Below, one piece after another: positions 18,562 to 28,256 of a stretch of 58,327 bases of DNA. The notes below the pieces were generated by a model. That model was not told where the DNA came from and made no database searches. It was given only the letters and a program-made list of their open reading frames with translations. Where the stretch lies: the NCBI GenBank assembly GCA_022446945.1, contig JAKVBW010000001.1, positions 1 through 58,327 on the forward strand, read 5' to 3'. This DNA is from Phycisphaerales bacterium. Its GTDB lineage: Bacteria; Planctomycetota; Phycisphaerae; Phycisphaerales; SM1A02. The stretch's first letter is position 1; each line of letters begins with the position of its first letter. A program made the position numbers and the translations under genes.

Positions 18562-19578
18562 ATGGCCGCACGGAAGGTCTCTTCGAAGAAGAAAGCAGCA
18601 AAAAAAAGACGGCTCGGAATGGGCCTGAGTGGCATGGTCGGCGGGCCTGTGGAGGTCAAGCCTCTGGCTGGCGAAGCTGCCGCCAGGGCGATGGGCGACA
18701 GTGCCGCGCCGTCTCCCTCAACAGGGTCACACGCCAAGAAGCCGCGGGGGACGACAGTTTCGGCAGAGTCGGGGGGGTTGTCCGCGATCCCTGTAGCGGA
18801 GGTGCGGCCGAACGCCCGCCAGCCTAGGCATGCCATTGATCCGGCAAGCCTAGAGTCATTGGTGGCCTCGATTCGGTCTGCCGGTGTGATGCAGCCGGTG
18901 GTTGTTCGTCCAAAGGGGGCTGATGGCCATTACGAACTTGTGGCGGGTGAACGTCGCTGGCGTGCTGCGATGGAGGCGGGCCTCGATGCGGTGCCAGCCA
19001 TCGTGCGACAGATAGACGATCGGACAGCTGCAGAATGGGCGATCATCGAGAACGTGCAAAGAGAGGATCTCGATGCCGTTGATCGGGGAGATGCTTTCAA
19101 GAGGCTCCAGGCTGACTTCGGGATGACCCACGCAGAGATTGCAGAGCAGGTGGGGCTGACCCGGGCTGCGGTCACGAACCAGATTCGGCTATGTGATCTG
19201 GACGATGGGGTGCGGTCACTGATCCGGGCAGGGGCGCTCTCTGGTGGCCATGGCCGGTGTCTATTGGGAGTCGTTGATATCGATCATCGCTTGGCCGTGG
19301 CAAAGAAGGCGATTGAAAGCGAGTGGAGCGTCCGAGAACTAGAAAGACGCGTCAGAGCCATTTCCAAACCAACCACAGGCACATCCACTGGCAAGGCCAC
19401 GCCGGAAGGGGGCCGGGCACATCTGGATGATCTCGAACGACAGTTGGGCGAGTACCTGGGGACCCGGGTGCGGATTCATACCGGTCGCAAACGCGATCGG
19501 GGTCGACTGAGCCTAGAGTTCTACGATCTTGAGCAGTTCGACGGGTTGCTTGGACGACTGGGCTTCAAGCCGTCTTGA
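18562..19578 (+). CDS. parB: chromosome partitioning protein ParB (Spo0J)
   Basis: IPVAEVRPNARQPRHAIDPASLESLVASIRSAGVMQPVVVRPKGADGHYELVAGERRWRAA is the ParB box with GERR arginine patch, followed by an HTH (HAEIAEQVGLTRAAVTNQIRL). ATG 18562 is preceded by AAGGAG. The ORF opens at 18427. Confidence 0.9.
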   Translation: MAARKVSSKKKAAKKRRLGMGLSGMVGGPVEVKPLAGEAAARAMGDSAAPSPSTGSHAKKPRGTTVSAESGGLSAIPVAEVRPNARQPRHAIDPASLESLVASIRSAGVMQPVVVRPKGADGHYELVAGERRWRAAMEAGLDAVPAIVRQIDDRTAAEWAIIENVQREDLDAVDRGDAFKRLQADFGMTHAEIAEQVGLTRAAVTNQIRLCDLDDGVRSLIRAGALSGGHGRCLLGVVDIDHRLAVAKKAIESEWSVRELERRVRAISKPTTGTSTGKATPEGGRAHLDDLERQLGEYLGTRVRIHTGRKRDRGRLSLEFYDLEQFDGLLGRLGFKPS

Positions 19579-19606
19579 TGGGGCGACATGATGTCTGACA
19601 TGCACC

Positions 19607-20554
19607 ATGCGTGATTTGTCTGCAGTACGCATCGCCGTGACCGGCGCGGGGGGGTTTCTGGGTCGCCACGTCGTCGAGGCCTTGGCTGCGCGAGGATGTC
19701 GTGATGTGCTGACGCCTTCTCGAGGGGCGTGCGATCTATTGGATCGTTCTGCAAGCCTTGGTTGGATGCAGTCCCATAAGCCGGACATGGTTGTGCATTG
19801 CGCTGCCGCAACAGGCGGCGTTGGCTGGAACAACACACATGCCTATGAGGCATTTCGTGACAACCTTTTGATGACCTTGCATCTGGTGGACGCGTGTATC
19901 GACTGTGGCGTTCAGCACGTGACGCACATCTCCACATCGATTGCTTATCCACCAACCGCGGCAGTGCCATTTGAAGAAACATCGTTGTGGAAGGAAAGAC
20001 CAGGCGGTCCAACGGCGGGCTATGCGCATGCAAAGCGATTGGGGCAGGCTGTTTTGGAACACGCTCAATCACAACATGGTCTGCAATCTGCAGTCGTGAT
20101 GCCTGCAAACATGTATGGCGCAGGTGCGAGAATGGATCCTTCAAGATCGAATGTGGTGGCTGCGATGGTGAAACGATTTGTCGACGCGGCGGACACGGGG
20201 GCGTCGGAGGTGGTGTGCTGGGGATCCGGTCGACCGATGAGAGAATTCATAGATGTACGTGATGTTGCCGATGGTGTTGTGCGCGCCGCAGAGCGCGTGG
20301 ATACGCCGGAGCCGATCAATCTTGGCACAGGTCAAATGTGCTCCATTCGTGAACTCGCCGAACGGGTTGCATCCTGCGTCGGTTGGCAAGGGGAGATTCA
20401 GTGGGATACCTCCAAACCGGACGGCGTAGACAAAGTCTGCTGTGATGTGAACAGAATGCAGCAGGCTTTGGAATGGCTTCCATGTATCGAATTGGAGGAT
20501 GGACTTCGGCGCATGGTGACGTGGTATCTCGAGGATGTCAGGAAAGGCGCATGA
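19607..20554 (+). CDS. fcl: GDP-L-fucose synthase (GDP-4-keto-6-deoxy-D-mannose 3,5-epimerase/4-reductase)
   Basis: It is collinear with my recollection of E. coli Fcl. Shared motifs are VTGAGGFLG (Rossmann), YAHAKR (YxxxK), VVCWGSGRPMREFIDVRDVA, INLGTG..CSIRELAE and DTSKPDG. Confidence 0.8.
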   Translation: MRDLSAVRIAVTGAGGFLGRHVVEALAARGCRDVLTPSRGACDLLDRSASLGWMQSHKPDMVVHCAAATGGVGWNNTHAYEAFRDNLLMTLHLVDACIDCGVQHVTHISTSIAYPPTAAVPFEETSLWKERPGGPTAGYAHAKRLGQAVLEHAQSQHGLQSAVVMPANMYGAGARMDPSRSNVVAAMVKRFVDAADTGASEVVCWGSGRPMREFIDVRDVADGVVRAAERVDTPEPINLGTGQMCSIRELAERVASCVGWQGEIQWDTSKPDGVDKVCCDVNRMQQALEWLPCIELEDGLRRMVTWYLEDVRKGA

Positions 20555-21399
20555 GGACAGAAACTGGAATCACAGACGCTCTGTCCTTCGATATCGAGGA
20601 CTGGTTCCACATTGTCGAGGTGGAGTCGTTGGCCGATCCTGACACATGGGCAGACAAGGAGTCATTGGTCGAGCGATACACCGAGTGGATTGTTGAGACG
20701 GTGACGAATGCGGGCGCACGCTGCACATTCTTCGTTTTGGGCTGGATAGCGGAGCGTTATCCACATCTTGTCGAGTTGATGACGCAGCATGGACACGAGG
20801 TCGGTTCTCACTCCTATTGGCATCGCAAGGTGTATGAACTGGACGCCGAGACTTTTCGCGAGGACATGCAGCGTTCGATTGATGTCATCGAGGCGGCAGG
20901 GGGGCAGAAAGTCATCGGATTCCGCGCCCCTTCATTTTCGATAACACCTGGGACAGAATGGGCCTTTGATGTTCTTCACGATGTCGGTATCCGTTATGAC
21001 GCCAGTCTCTTCCCTGCAAGCCGGGCACACGGGGGCTATCCATGTCCTGAAGGACCGCACATCTTTGACGGGGCACCATCCGGTCGGCCAATGCCGGAGT
21101 TGCCCATGAGCATCATGCGGTTCGGTCCCAAACGATTGCCATTTTCAGGAGGCGGCTATCTCAGGCTGCTGCCCATGTCGATCATCCGGCGTGGCTTTGA
21201 GCAGCAGCATCGCCACGGCCGCCCCGTTGTGATCTATCTGCATCCTCGGGACTTCGCGCCGGATTGCCCACGTGTGCCCATGCCATTGCATCGCCACTTC
21301 AAGTGTTACGTCAATACCCGTAGCACCAAGGGAAAGCTCCATTCATTGCTGGATCGTTACACATTCGCTTCTTGTGCTGATGTGCTGGGTGTGAGCTGA
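20551..21399 (+). CDS. polysaccharide deacetylase family protein (DUF3473-containing, PEP-CTERM-locus-type)
   Basis: LSFDIEDWFH, FFVLGWIAERYPHLV, GHEVGSHSYWH, GFRAPSF and the C-terminal FSGGGYLRLLP are typical of this subfamily. The ATGA start/stop overlaps fcl. Confidence 0.75.
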   Translation: MRTETGITDALSFDIEDWFHIVEVESLADPDTWADKESLVERYTEWIVETVTNAGARCTFFVLGWIAERYPHLVELMTQHGHEVGSHSYWHRKVYELDAETFREDMQRSIDVIEAAGGQKVIGFRAPSFSITPGTEWAFDVLHDVGIRYDASLFPASRAHGGYPCPEGPHIFDGAPSGRPMPELPMSIMRFGPKRLPFSGGGYLRLLPMSIIRRGFEQQHRHGRPVVIYLHPRDFAPDCPRVPMPLHRHFKCYVNTRSTKGKLHSLLDRYTFASCADVLGVS

Positions 21400-21481
21400 T
21401 CTGTCGAGCCTGTTCCAGGCGCCATCGCCCTTAAGTGCTCGTGATCGATCTGCTGGCTTGGAGCGGACTACCCTGTGCACA

Positions 21482-23017
21482 ATGGGCCTCGAACTGCACA
21501 ACACGCTGACGGGGAAGACAGAAGCGTTCAAGCCGCTGGACGTTTCCGGGCGGGTGCTGTTCTACACATGTGGGCCGACTGTCTACGACTACGCACACAT
21601 TGGCAATTTTCGATCCTTCCTGAACGCAGATGTTCTTCGCAGAACGCTTGAGTTCCTTGGTCACGATGTCGTTCATGTCATGAACATCACGGATGTCGGC
21701 CACATGACAGATGATGCCGTTGCAGATGGCGGTGGCGAAGACAAGATGGAAGTGGCTGCCAAGCGACTTCAGGAAGCCAAGAAATCAGGCGCACTTCCGG
21801 CGGGCGTCGACATTGATCCAAACGATCCCATGGCGATCGCAGAGTTCTATGCGCAGGCATTTCTCGAAGACGGCAGGCTCTTGGGGTTGAAAGTCGCGAT
21901 CGAGGCGGATGATCACCCTTCGCGTTTGCCACGGCCGACACAGTATGTCGAAGCGATGATCGGGATGGTGTCTTCGCTGATCGATCGAGGCCATGCCTAT
22001 GTCGCATCCGATGGGGTCGTGTATTTCGACGTGCAGTCTTGGCCGGATTACGGCCAGTTGTCCGGCAACACGATTGAGGCCCTTCGCAGCGGCGAGGGTG
22101 GTCGTGTTGACATGCAGACGCAGGTCATCAAACGTCATCCAGCAGATTTCATGCTCTGGAAACCGGACAGCACACATTTGATGCGATGGCCGAGTCCCTG
22201 GGGAGAGGGTTATCCCGGCTGGCATCTGGAGTGTTCTGTCATGGCCAGAGAACTTCTGGGTGACGAGATCGATATTCACAGCGGTGGCGAGGACAACATT
22301 TTCCCGCATCATGAATGTGAAATTGCGCAATCCAGAGGCGTGACGGGCTGCCAAGCATTCGCTCGATACTGGTTCCACACGAGACATCTCATGGTGGACG
22401 GAACCAAGATGAGCAAATCCGGAGGGACTTTCTTCACGATCCGTGATTTGCTGGACAGGGGCGCTTCACCCGCTGCGATTCGCCTGGAACTTGTCCGGAC
22501 GCATTACCGAGTGAATTCCAACTTCACTTTTCAAGGGCTCCGCGATGCCCAGCGTCAGATCGACCGTTGGCATCGGGTTGTCTCGTGGCTTCAGTCGCAT
22601 GCGTCTGTGACATGTGATGGAGCCGGCCCCTTGACGCAGGCGTTGCCATCGTTCAAGTCTGCGCTGAGTGATGATCTCAATATTGCCGGGGCATTGGGCG
22701 TGATCAACTCCGCTATTGGTGAACTCGATATTTCTGAACCACCTCAGGACGTTGAAGGGGATTCCACCTGGGGTTGTGAGTTGGAGAGCTTTCTCGCGAT
22801 GGATACGGTGATTGGGGTTCTCAATCTTTCCAGCGAGACGACGCATGTTGATACAGATCAGACGGACCAAATCGAGTCACTCATACGCGCAAGGACAGAG
22901 GCGCGCGCCGCCAGAGATTGGGGCCGCGCAGATGAGATACGTGACGAATTGCTTGAGATGGGTATTGCGATCAAGGATGACCCCGAAGGCACTTCTTGGC
23001 AGCGAGTCGTCCAGTGA
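21482..23017 (+). CDS. cysS: cysteine--tRNA ligase
   Basis: YTCGPTVYDYAHIGNFRSF is the HIGH-type motif. WHLEC, GGEDNIFPHHECEIAQ and KMSKSGG are also present. Confidence 0.9.
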   Translation: MGLELHNTLTGKTEAFKPLDVSGRVLFYTCGPTVYDYAHIGNFRSFLNADVLRRTLEFLGHDVVHVMNITDVGHMTDDAVADGGGEDKMEVAAKRLQEAKKSGALPAGVDIDPNDPMAIAEFYAQAFLEDGRLLGLKVAIEADDHPSRLPRPTQYVEAMIGMVSSLIDRGHAYVASDGVVYFDVQSWPDYGQLSGNTIEALRSGEGGRVDMQTQVIKRHPADFMLWKPDSTHLMRWPSPWGEGYPGWHLECSVMARELLGDEIDIHSGGEDNIFPHHECEIAQSRGVTGCQAFARYWFHTRHLMVDGTKMSKSGGTFFTIRDLLDRGASPAAIRLELVRTHYRVNSNFTFQGLRDAQRQIDRWHRVVSWLQSHASVTCDGAGPLTQALPSFKSALSDDLNIAGALGVINSAIGELDISEPPQDVEGDSTWGCELESFLAMDTVIGVLNLSSETTHVDTDQTDQIESLIRARTEARAARDWGRADEIRDELLEMGIAIKDDPEGTSWQRVVQ

Positions 23018-23622
23018 CGCCCGTTCCTTCCGTCATCGGGCTGGTCGGTGGTATCGGCTCAGGAAAGAGCGCGTTCGCCCAAGCACTGGCCTCACGTGGT
23101 TGGGCAGTCGTCGATGCGGACGCCATCGCGCATGCGCTCATGGAAGACGAGGAAGTGATTCAACACATCGCCACCGCCTTTGGGCACGACGTGTTGAATG
23201 AGGATGGCCGCGTTGATCGGGAGGCACTTGCGTCATACGCGTTTTCCAATACCTCTTCTCGAGAGCGACTTGAGTCAATCCTGCACCCACGAATCATCGC
23301 GCGATGTCTGGAGCAGATTCAGAATGCCACTTCTTCCGGCCAATCCGTTGTCTTGGACGCCCCTTTATTGCTCGAGTGCGAACTCGAAGGATGTTGCAGC
23401 AACCTTGTTTTTATCGATGCACCAGCGAATATTCGGCATGCGCGAGCAGAGAAGCGACATGGCTGGGAACCAGGAGAGGCTGCCAGAAGGGAAGAGTTGC
23501 AATTGCCACTTGACGAGAAGAGAAGAAGATCCCATTATGTGGTCGTCAACGCGGAGGATCTGGCAGGCCTTGAACAAGAGGTTGCCGGTTTGCTGAAAAG
23601 CCTTTCTCCCCGGAACGACTGA
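22996..23622 (+). CDS. coaE: dephospho-CoA kinase
   Basis: VIGLVGGIGSGKSAFAQALASRGWAVVDADAIAH is the P-loop plus DAD motif. The start is either TTG 22996 or GTG 23014, which overlaps the cysS stop as GTGA. Confidence 0.85.
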   Translation: MAASRPVTPVPSVIGLVGGIGSGKSAFAQALASRGWAVVDADAIAHALMEDEEVIQHIATAFGHDVLNEDGRVDREALASYAFSNTSSRERLESILHPRIIARCLEQIQNATSSGQSVVLDAPLLLECELEGCCSNLVFIDAPANIRHARAEKRHGWEPGEAARREELQLPLDEKRRRSHYVVVNAEDLAGLEQEVAGLLKSLSPRND

Positions 23623-23751
23623 TCATTGCGTCATCTGTCCTGTTTCATCGGTCTTTCGTGGCCGACATTCTGGACAGTTTCCCGGCTTTCAAGCCACCCC
23701 CTCTGAAATCAACGCTCGCTTGTGCGAGTCATCTGCTCAGGGTTTCCCCAC

Positions 23752-25299
23752 ATGACCAGTTCAACAAGCGCACCTTCAAAGGCTCACTCGAAACAACGCT
23801 CGAATTCCGGTTCTGATTCTGGACATCAGGGCGGAGGATCCCATTCCTCAAGGAAACACAACATGGCCAAAAAGCGACGCCGTCGCAAGAAGTCAACAAG
23901 CCAATCACCGGCAGTCCCAGTTGTCATGCTCGAGCCAGGGTCTGTTCCGACTGATGAACAGCTTGCCCAAGAGGCAAAGGAGCTCGAAGCATCGCTCGAT
24001 GCGAAGACTCGCGCGAAGTATGAGAAAGCGAAGAAGGATGGGCTGGATGCAGCGGTTCTTCAAAAGAAGCCCGCTTCACAGCTGATCAAACTTGCCGAGA
24101 AGGCTGGGGTCGAACATGCCGCAACGATGTCGAAGCAACAACTTGTCTTCGAGATCCTGCGCTCGCGTGCAGCCAAACAAGGGCTGATGATCGGCGAAGG
24201 AACGCTTGAGATTTCTCCAGAGGGCTATGGCTTCCTGAGGAGCCACGAGTATTCGTATCTCCCATCTCCCGATGACGTCTATATCAGTCCTGCACAGGTC
24301 AAGCGGCTGGGTCTTCGACGAGGACAGATTGTCAGCGGACTGATTCGTCCCCCCAAGGAAGATGAGAAGTACTTCGCCATGTTGAAGGTGGAGTCGATCA
24401 ACGGCACTGATCCGGGCGATGCGGCCCATCTGCCGACATTCGAGAATTTGACGCCTCTGCACCCCGAAGAACGCATCACGCTCGAGTGCGGACCGGAGGG
24501 AGTGGAAACTCGGGTGATCGATCTCGTCGCGCCATTGGGGTTCGGCCAGCGTGCCTTGATTGTCGCACCACCCCGTACGGGGAAGACGGTGCTTCTTCAG
24601 AAGATCACCAAGGCCATTGCCACGAATCATCCAGAAGCGCACGTCATCGTCTTGCTCGTTGACGAGCGGCCCGAGGAGGTCACCGACTTCAAGCGCAATA
24701 CTTCCGAGTCGGTTGAAGTGGTCGCAAGTACTTTCGATGAACATGCCACGCGACACATTCAAGTTGCCGAGATCGTGATGGAGAAAGCCAGACGCATGGT
24801 CGAGGCTGGCGGGAAGGTTGTTGTGTTGCTGGATTCCATTACGCGACTTGCGCGTGGTTACAACAATGCCGCTTCCGGTTCAGGCAAGATCGGCACCGGT
24901 GGTGTGGATAATGCTGCACTCATCAAGCCCAAGAAGTTCTTTGGTTCTGCTCGAAACATCGAGGATGGTGGGTCACTGACGATCATCGGGACGGCACTTG
25001 TCGACACTGGATCCAAGGCTGATGAAGTCATTTTCGAAGAATTCAAAGGCACGGGCAACAGCGAGTTGCACTTGACGCGCAAGCTCGTGGAGAAGCGCAT
25101 CTGGCCTGCAATCGATATCCCCGCTTCCGGCACGCGTCGTGAAGAACTCCTGCTCGATGAGAAGGAATTGGATCTCGTGTCCCGGCTTCGCAAGGTTGTT
25201 TCCGACATGAGCGTGGTGGAAGCGATGGAACTTCTGCGGAGCAGGCTCGGCAAAACCAATTCAAATGCCGAATTCCTGATGACGATGAGCCTTGGCTGA
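23752..25299 (+). CDS. rho: transcription termination factor Rho with a basic low-complexity N-terminal extension
   Basis: Motifs seen are DLVAPLGFGQRALIVAPPRTGKTVLLQKI (Walker A), VLLVDERPEEV and LLDSITRLARGYN. The CSD-like RNA-binding domain reads GYGFLR...DVYISPAQVKRLGLRRGQIVSG. The N-terminus carries KKRRRRKK. Confidence 0.9.
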   Translation: MTSSTSAPSKAHSKQRSNSGSDSGHQGGGSHSSRKHNMAKKRRRRKKSTSQSPAVPVVMLEPGSVPTDEQLAQEAKELEASLDAKTRAKYEKAKKDGLDAAVLQKKPASQLIKLAEKAGVEHAATMSKQQLVFEILRSRAAKQGLMIGEGTLEISPEGYGFLRSHEYSYLPSPDDVYISPAQVKRLGLRRGQIVSGLIRPPKEDEKYFAMLKVESINGTDPGDAAHLPTFENLTPLHPEERITLECGPEGVETRVIDLVAPLGFGQRALIVAPPRTGKTVLLQKITKAIATNHPEAHVIVLLVDERPEEVTDFKRNTSESVEVVASTFDEHATRHIQVAEIVMEKARRMVEAGGKVVVLLDSITRLARGYNNAASGSGKIGTGGVDNAALIKPKKFFGSARNIEDGGSLTIIGTALVDTGSKADEVIFEEFKGTGNSELHLTRKLVEKRIWPAIDIPASGTRREELLLDEKELDLVSRLRKVVSDMSVVEAMELLRSRLGKTNSNAEFLMTMSLG

Positions 25300-25368
25300 G
25301 TCAAGGCGGATCCCGCAGGCGGAATCGCACGTATGCTTTGAGGTCGAGGTCTGGGAGGCGCGAAGTTG

Positions 25369-26550
25369 ATGGCATTCAGAGGACATCGTGGTTTCACACT
25401 CACCGAATTGATGGTGGTCGTGGCAATTCTCGGAATGTTGATGGGGATCGTCATCATGTCAGCGAGCGTTGGTCGTTCCGCTGAACAGATGATGAAATCT
25501 CGGAATCATCTTCGCCAGATTGCTCAGTGGATGGATCAGTACGCGTCGAATCATCGCGATACGGTGCTTCCCTCTCGATTTGATTACTGGGATGAAGACG
25601 CTATTGACAGTGATGAGGATGGCGTTCCAGAAACGGCCAATCCAAATCGCGTCGGCGGTGGCCGGTTCCGACTTGGTGCACTGGGGAATTCGGAGTGGCT
25701 GCCGAGCGCCAATCCATTTTCAGATGCGATGAACCCACGCACGAGTGGGCTTCATCAAGGATCGTGGGCAGACATTCTCTGGGTCGATGCCAATGTCAGA
25801 GATGGTGTTGAGTTCTCAAACTTTCAGGTTGCAGGTTCAGTGGACGACGTTGTCTACGGCGCAGAGGGGCGTGACAGCGTGGCAGCGCCTGGTTGGTGGA
25901 TCTATGACCAAGGTGAGAACGAGTTTGCCAATCCGCTACGCGCTGCATCACCGAATACGAATCATTACCCACTGCGTGATCAGAACGGCAATGTCGTGGT
26001 GAAGAGCTATGGCCAATATGGCGTCATTCCGATGCCGGGTGACCCCGAGGGTCGGATGGCTGGTTTGCCGACACCAGTCGGAGGCGGGGCTTGGGAAAAG
26101 GAATTGCCGGGATTCTTTGCAGCGAACGCCTTTTTCGATGCACGTTCAAGGCGTGACATCACAGGGGCTCCAACGGATCCCCATATGGACCGGTACGTGA
26201 CGCACGCACAAGTACGTTCACCCGATCGGAGTGTCTATCTGGTGGATTCCTTCCGCGGCGAGACCATTGGGGAAAGCCCCTTGGCAGATCGGGCTGCGTA
26301 TGAGGCCCGCACGCAAGCTGCTTGGACCAACGATTTTGCCATCGGCGAGGATGGCGTGACTGCGACGATTCGGGACCAGGCAGCAGGCCAGCCGACTCAG
26401 GAAGTCGATTTTCGCTACAACGACGGCCAGACGGTCCTGATGATGTTTCTCGATGGGCACGTCGAAACCATGGGCTTTTGGCCCAGTTATGAGGATCTCA
26501 TGCTCAGAGGTGTCCGTGTCATGGATCTGGATCGCCGCCTCCAGCAGTAG
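25369..26550 (+). CDS. prepilin-type N-terminal cleavage/methylation domain protein (DUF1559 / H-X9-DG family)
   Basis: The N-terminus G-FTLTELMVVVAILGMLMGIV is a class III signal, and a C-terminal ...MMFLDGHVETM motif is present. This family is hugely expanded in Planctomycetota. Confidence 0.8.
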   Translation: MAFRGHRGFTLTELMVVVAILGMLMGIVIMSASVGRSAEQMMKSRNHLRQIAQWMDQYASNHRDTVLPSRFDYWDEDAIDSDEDGVPETANPNRVGGGRFRLGALGNSEWLPSANPFSDAMNPRTSGLHQGSWADILWVDANVRDGVEFSNFQVAGSVDDVVYGAEGRDSVAAPGWWIYDQGENEFANPLRAASPNTNHYPLRDQNGNVVVKSYGQYGVIPMPGDPEGRMAGLPTPVGGGAWEKELPGFFAANAFFDARSRRDITGAPTDPHMDRYVTHAQVRSPDRSVYLVDSFRGETIGESPLADRAAYEARTQAAWTNDFAIGEDGVTATIRDQAAGQPTQEVDFRYNDGQTVLMMFLDGHVETMGFWPSYEDLMLRGVRVMDLDRRLQQ

Positions 26551-26688
26551 CCTCCCCAGCTTGGCCGCCAAGCCACTTGCCACAGCCGCAGATGCCGGTA
26601 CAATCCCCCTTCCGTCCCTGTTGGGACGGTTTTTCGTCGGCGCGCCTGCGGCGGCGAGATCCAAGTCGAGGTGGGTCAGGATGATCCC

Positions 26689-26760
26689 CGCCACCGTAGC
26701 TCAGTGGTAGAGCACACCCTTGGTAAGGGTGAGGTCACGGGTTCAAGTCCCGTCGGTGGC
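26689..26760 (+). tRNA. tRNA-Thr (anticodon GGT)
   Basis: It folds by hand into a 72-nt cloverleaf. The acceptor is gccaccg/cggtggc, the D arm is gctc-agtggta-gagc, the anticodon arm is caccc-ttGGTaa-gggtg and the T arm is acggg-ttcaagt-cccgt. No CCA is encoded. It shows the classic tRNA-Thr-tuf linkage. Confidence 0.9.
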
Positions 26761-26980
26761 TTGGAACACACAACCCGTTGCGGACGGTCCGTGGCGGTGC
26801 TTCGTTTCGCGAGGCAAACAGACAGCACGACGCAGTTGCGGCGTGTATTTCAAAGTTCGGTCCAACTGGACCGGGGTTCACGTCCGCAGAGGGCAATGGA
26901 CCATAGGAGATTGCTGCGAGGCGACGCGAAGCATGGCATGAAGCCCGCAACGCCCAGCCCCGCGCAGGAGAATCGCACCG

Positions 26981-28174
26981 ATGGCGAAGGACACATTTGT
27001 TCGCACCAAGCCGCACGTCAATGTCGGCACGATCGGGCACATCGACCACGGCAAGACAACCCTGACCGCGGCGATCACCACCCGTCAGTCGTCCAAGGGA
27101 CTCGGAGACGCTCGCGCGTTTGACGAGATCGACAATGCTCCGGAAGAAAAGGCGCGTGGTATCACGATCGCGACTAGCCACCAGGAGTATGAGTCGGATG
27201 CGCGTCACTACGCTCACGTTGATTGCCCCGGCCATGCCGACTACGTCAAGAACATGATTACCGGTGCCGCTCAGATGGACGGCGCTATTCTTGTTGTCGC
27301 CGCGACTGATGGCCCCATGCCGCAGACTCGTGAGCACATTCTTCTCGCCCGCCAGGTCGGCGTGCCGAAGATTGTCGTATTCATGAACAAATGCGACATG
27401 GTTGACGACGAGGAACTTCTTGAACTCGTTGAGATGGAAGTACGCGAACTGCTCAGTCAGTACGACTTCCCAGGCGACGACATTCCTGTCATCCGCGGCT
27501 CCGCCCTCAAGGCACTTGAGAGCGAAGGCAAGGACGACGATGTTTGCAAGCCGATCGATGAACTGATGGAGGCGCTTGACGCCTACATCCCCGAGCCCGA
27601 GCGAGAGGTCGACAAGCCTTTCCTCATGGCCATCGAGGACGTGTTCTCGATCAAGGGCCGTGGTACCGTTGTGACGGGTCGTATTGAGACTGGCGCCGTG
27701 CATGTTGGCGATCCGATCGAGATCGTCGGTTTGACCGAGGAGCCGACCAAGACGACTTGCACTGGCGTCGAGATGTTCAACAAGATCCTTGAAGACGCGC
27801 AGGCCGGCGACAATGTCGGCGCCCTTCTTCGTGGTATTGAAAAGGATGATGTTGAGCGTGGCCAAGTGCTTGCCAAGCCTGGCAGCATCACACCCCACAC
27901 CCTCTTTGAAGCAGAGGTCTATGTGCTGACCAAGGAGGAAGGTGGCCGACATACCCCCTTCTTCTCTGGCTACAAGCCGCAGTTCTACTTCCGAACGACG
28001 GACGTGACAGGCGGCCTCGACCTGGTCGGTGCCGAGATGTGCATGCCTGGCGACAACATCAAGATGAAGGTCAGCCTTGGCAAGAATATTGCCATGGTCG
28101 AAGGCCTCCGCTTTGCTGTTCGCGAAGGCGGCCGGACCGTGGGTTCGGGCGTTGTGACCAAGATCCTTGAGTAG
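26981..28174 (+). CDS. tuf: translation elongation factor Tu
   Basis: Motifs seen are [32 protein letters not shown] and NKCD. It is full length at 397 aa. Confidence 0.97.
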   Translation: MAKDTFVRTKPHVNVGTIGHIDHGKTTLTAAITTRQSSKGLGDARAFDEIDNAPEEKARGITIATSHQEYESDARHYAHVDCPGHADYVKNMITGAAQMDGAILVVAATDGPMPQTREHILLARQVGVPKIVVFMNKCDMVDDEELLELVEMEVRELLSQYDFPGDDIPVIRGSALKALESEGKDDDVCKPIDELMEALDAYIPEPEREVDKPFLMAIEDVFSIKGRGTVVTGRIETGAVHVGDPIEIVGLTEEPTKTTCTGVEMFNKILEDAQAGDNVGALLRGIEKDDVERGQVLAKPGSITPHTLFEAEVYVLTKEEGGRHTPFFSGYKPQFYFRTTDVTGGLDLVGAEMCMPGDNIKMKVSLGKNIAMVEGLRFAVREGGRTVGSGVVTKILE

Positions 28175-28201
28175 CCTCCGGGCGACTCATACCCGACTTG
28201 A

Positions 28202-28228
28202 CCCCTCGTCGGACTTGCCGACGAGGGG
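28202..28228 (+). terminator. perfect 11-bp GC-rich hairpin after tuf (possible attenuator or processing site; no U-tract)
   Basis: The hairpin is cccctcgtcgg-acttg-ccgacgagggg, lying 27 nt after the tuf stop and 29 nt before rpmG. Confidence 0.4.
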
Positions 28229-28256
28229 GACAGTTCGGGGGAAGGTGGAATGAAGC

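Noticed and set aside
20757-20765. A perfect DnaA box TTATCCACA, plus near-boxes TTATCCACT (~37738) and TTATCCACC (~39505).
   Set aside because: The sites are isolated and far apart. The perfect one is inside the polysaccharide deacetylase CDS, and there is no clustering or adjacent AT-rich unwinding element. This is not evidence for oriC.
26735-27952. A 405-aa minus-strand ORF antisense to tuf. There are likewise 28603-29721 antisense to secE/nusG, 24076-24762 antisense to rho and 55120-56163 antisense to the mutase.
   Set aside because: Each overlaps a gene whose identity is unambiguous, and none shows a recognisable motif. Long antisense ORFs are expected at this GC content.
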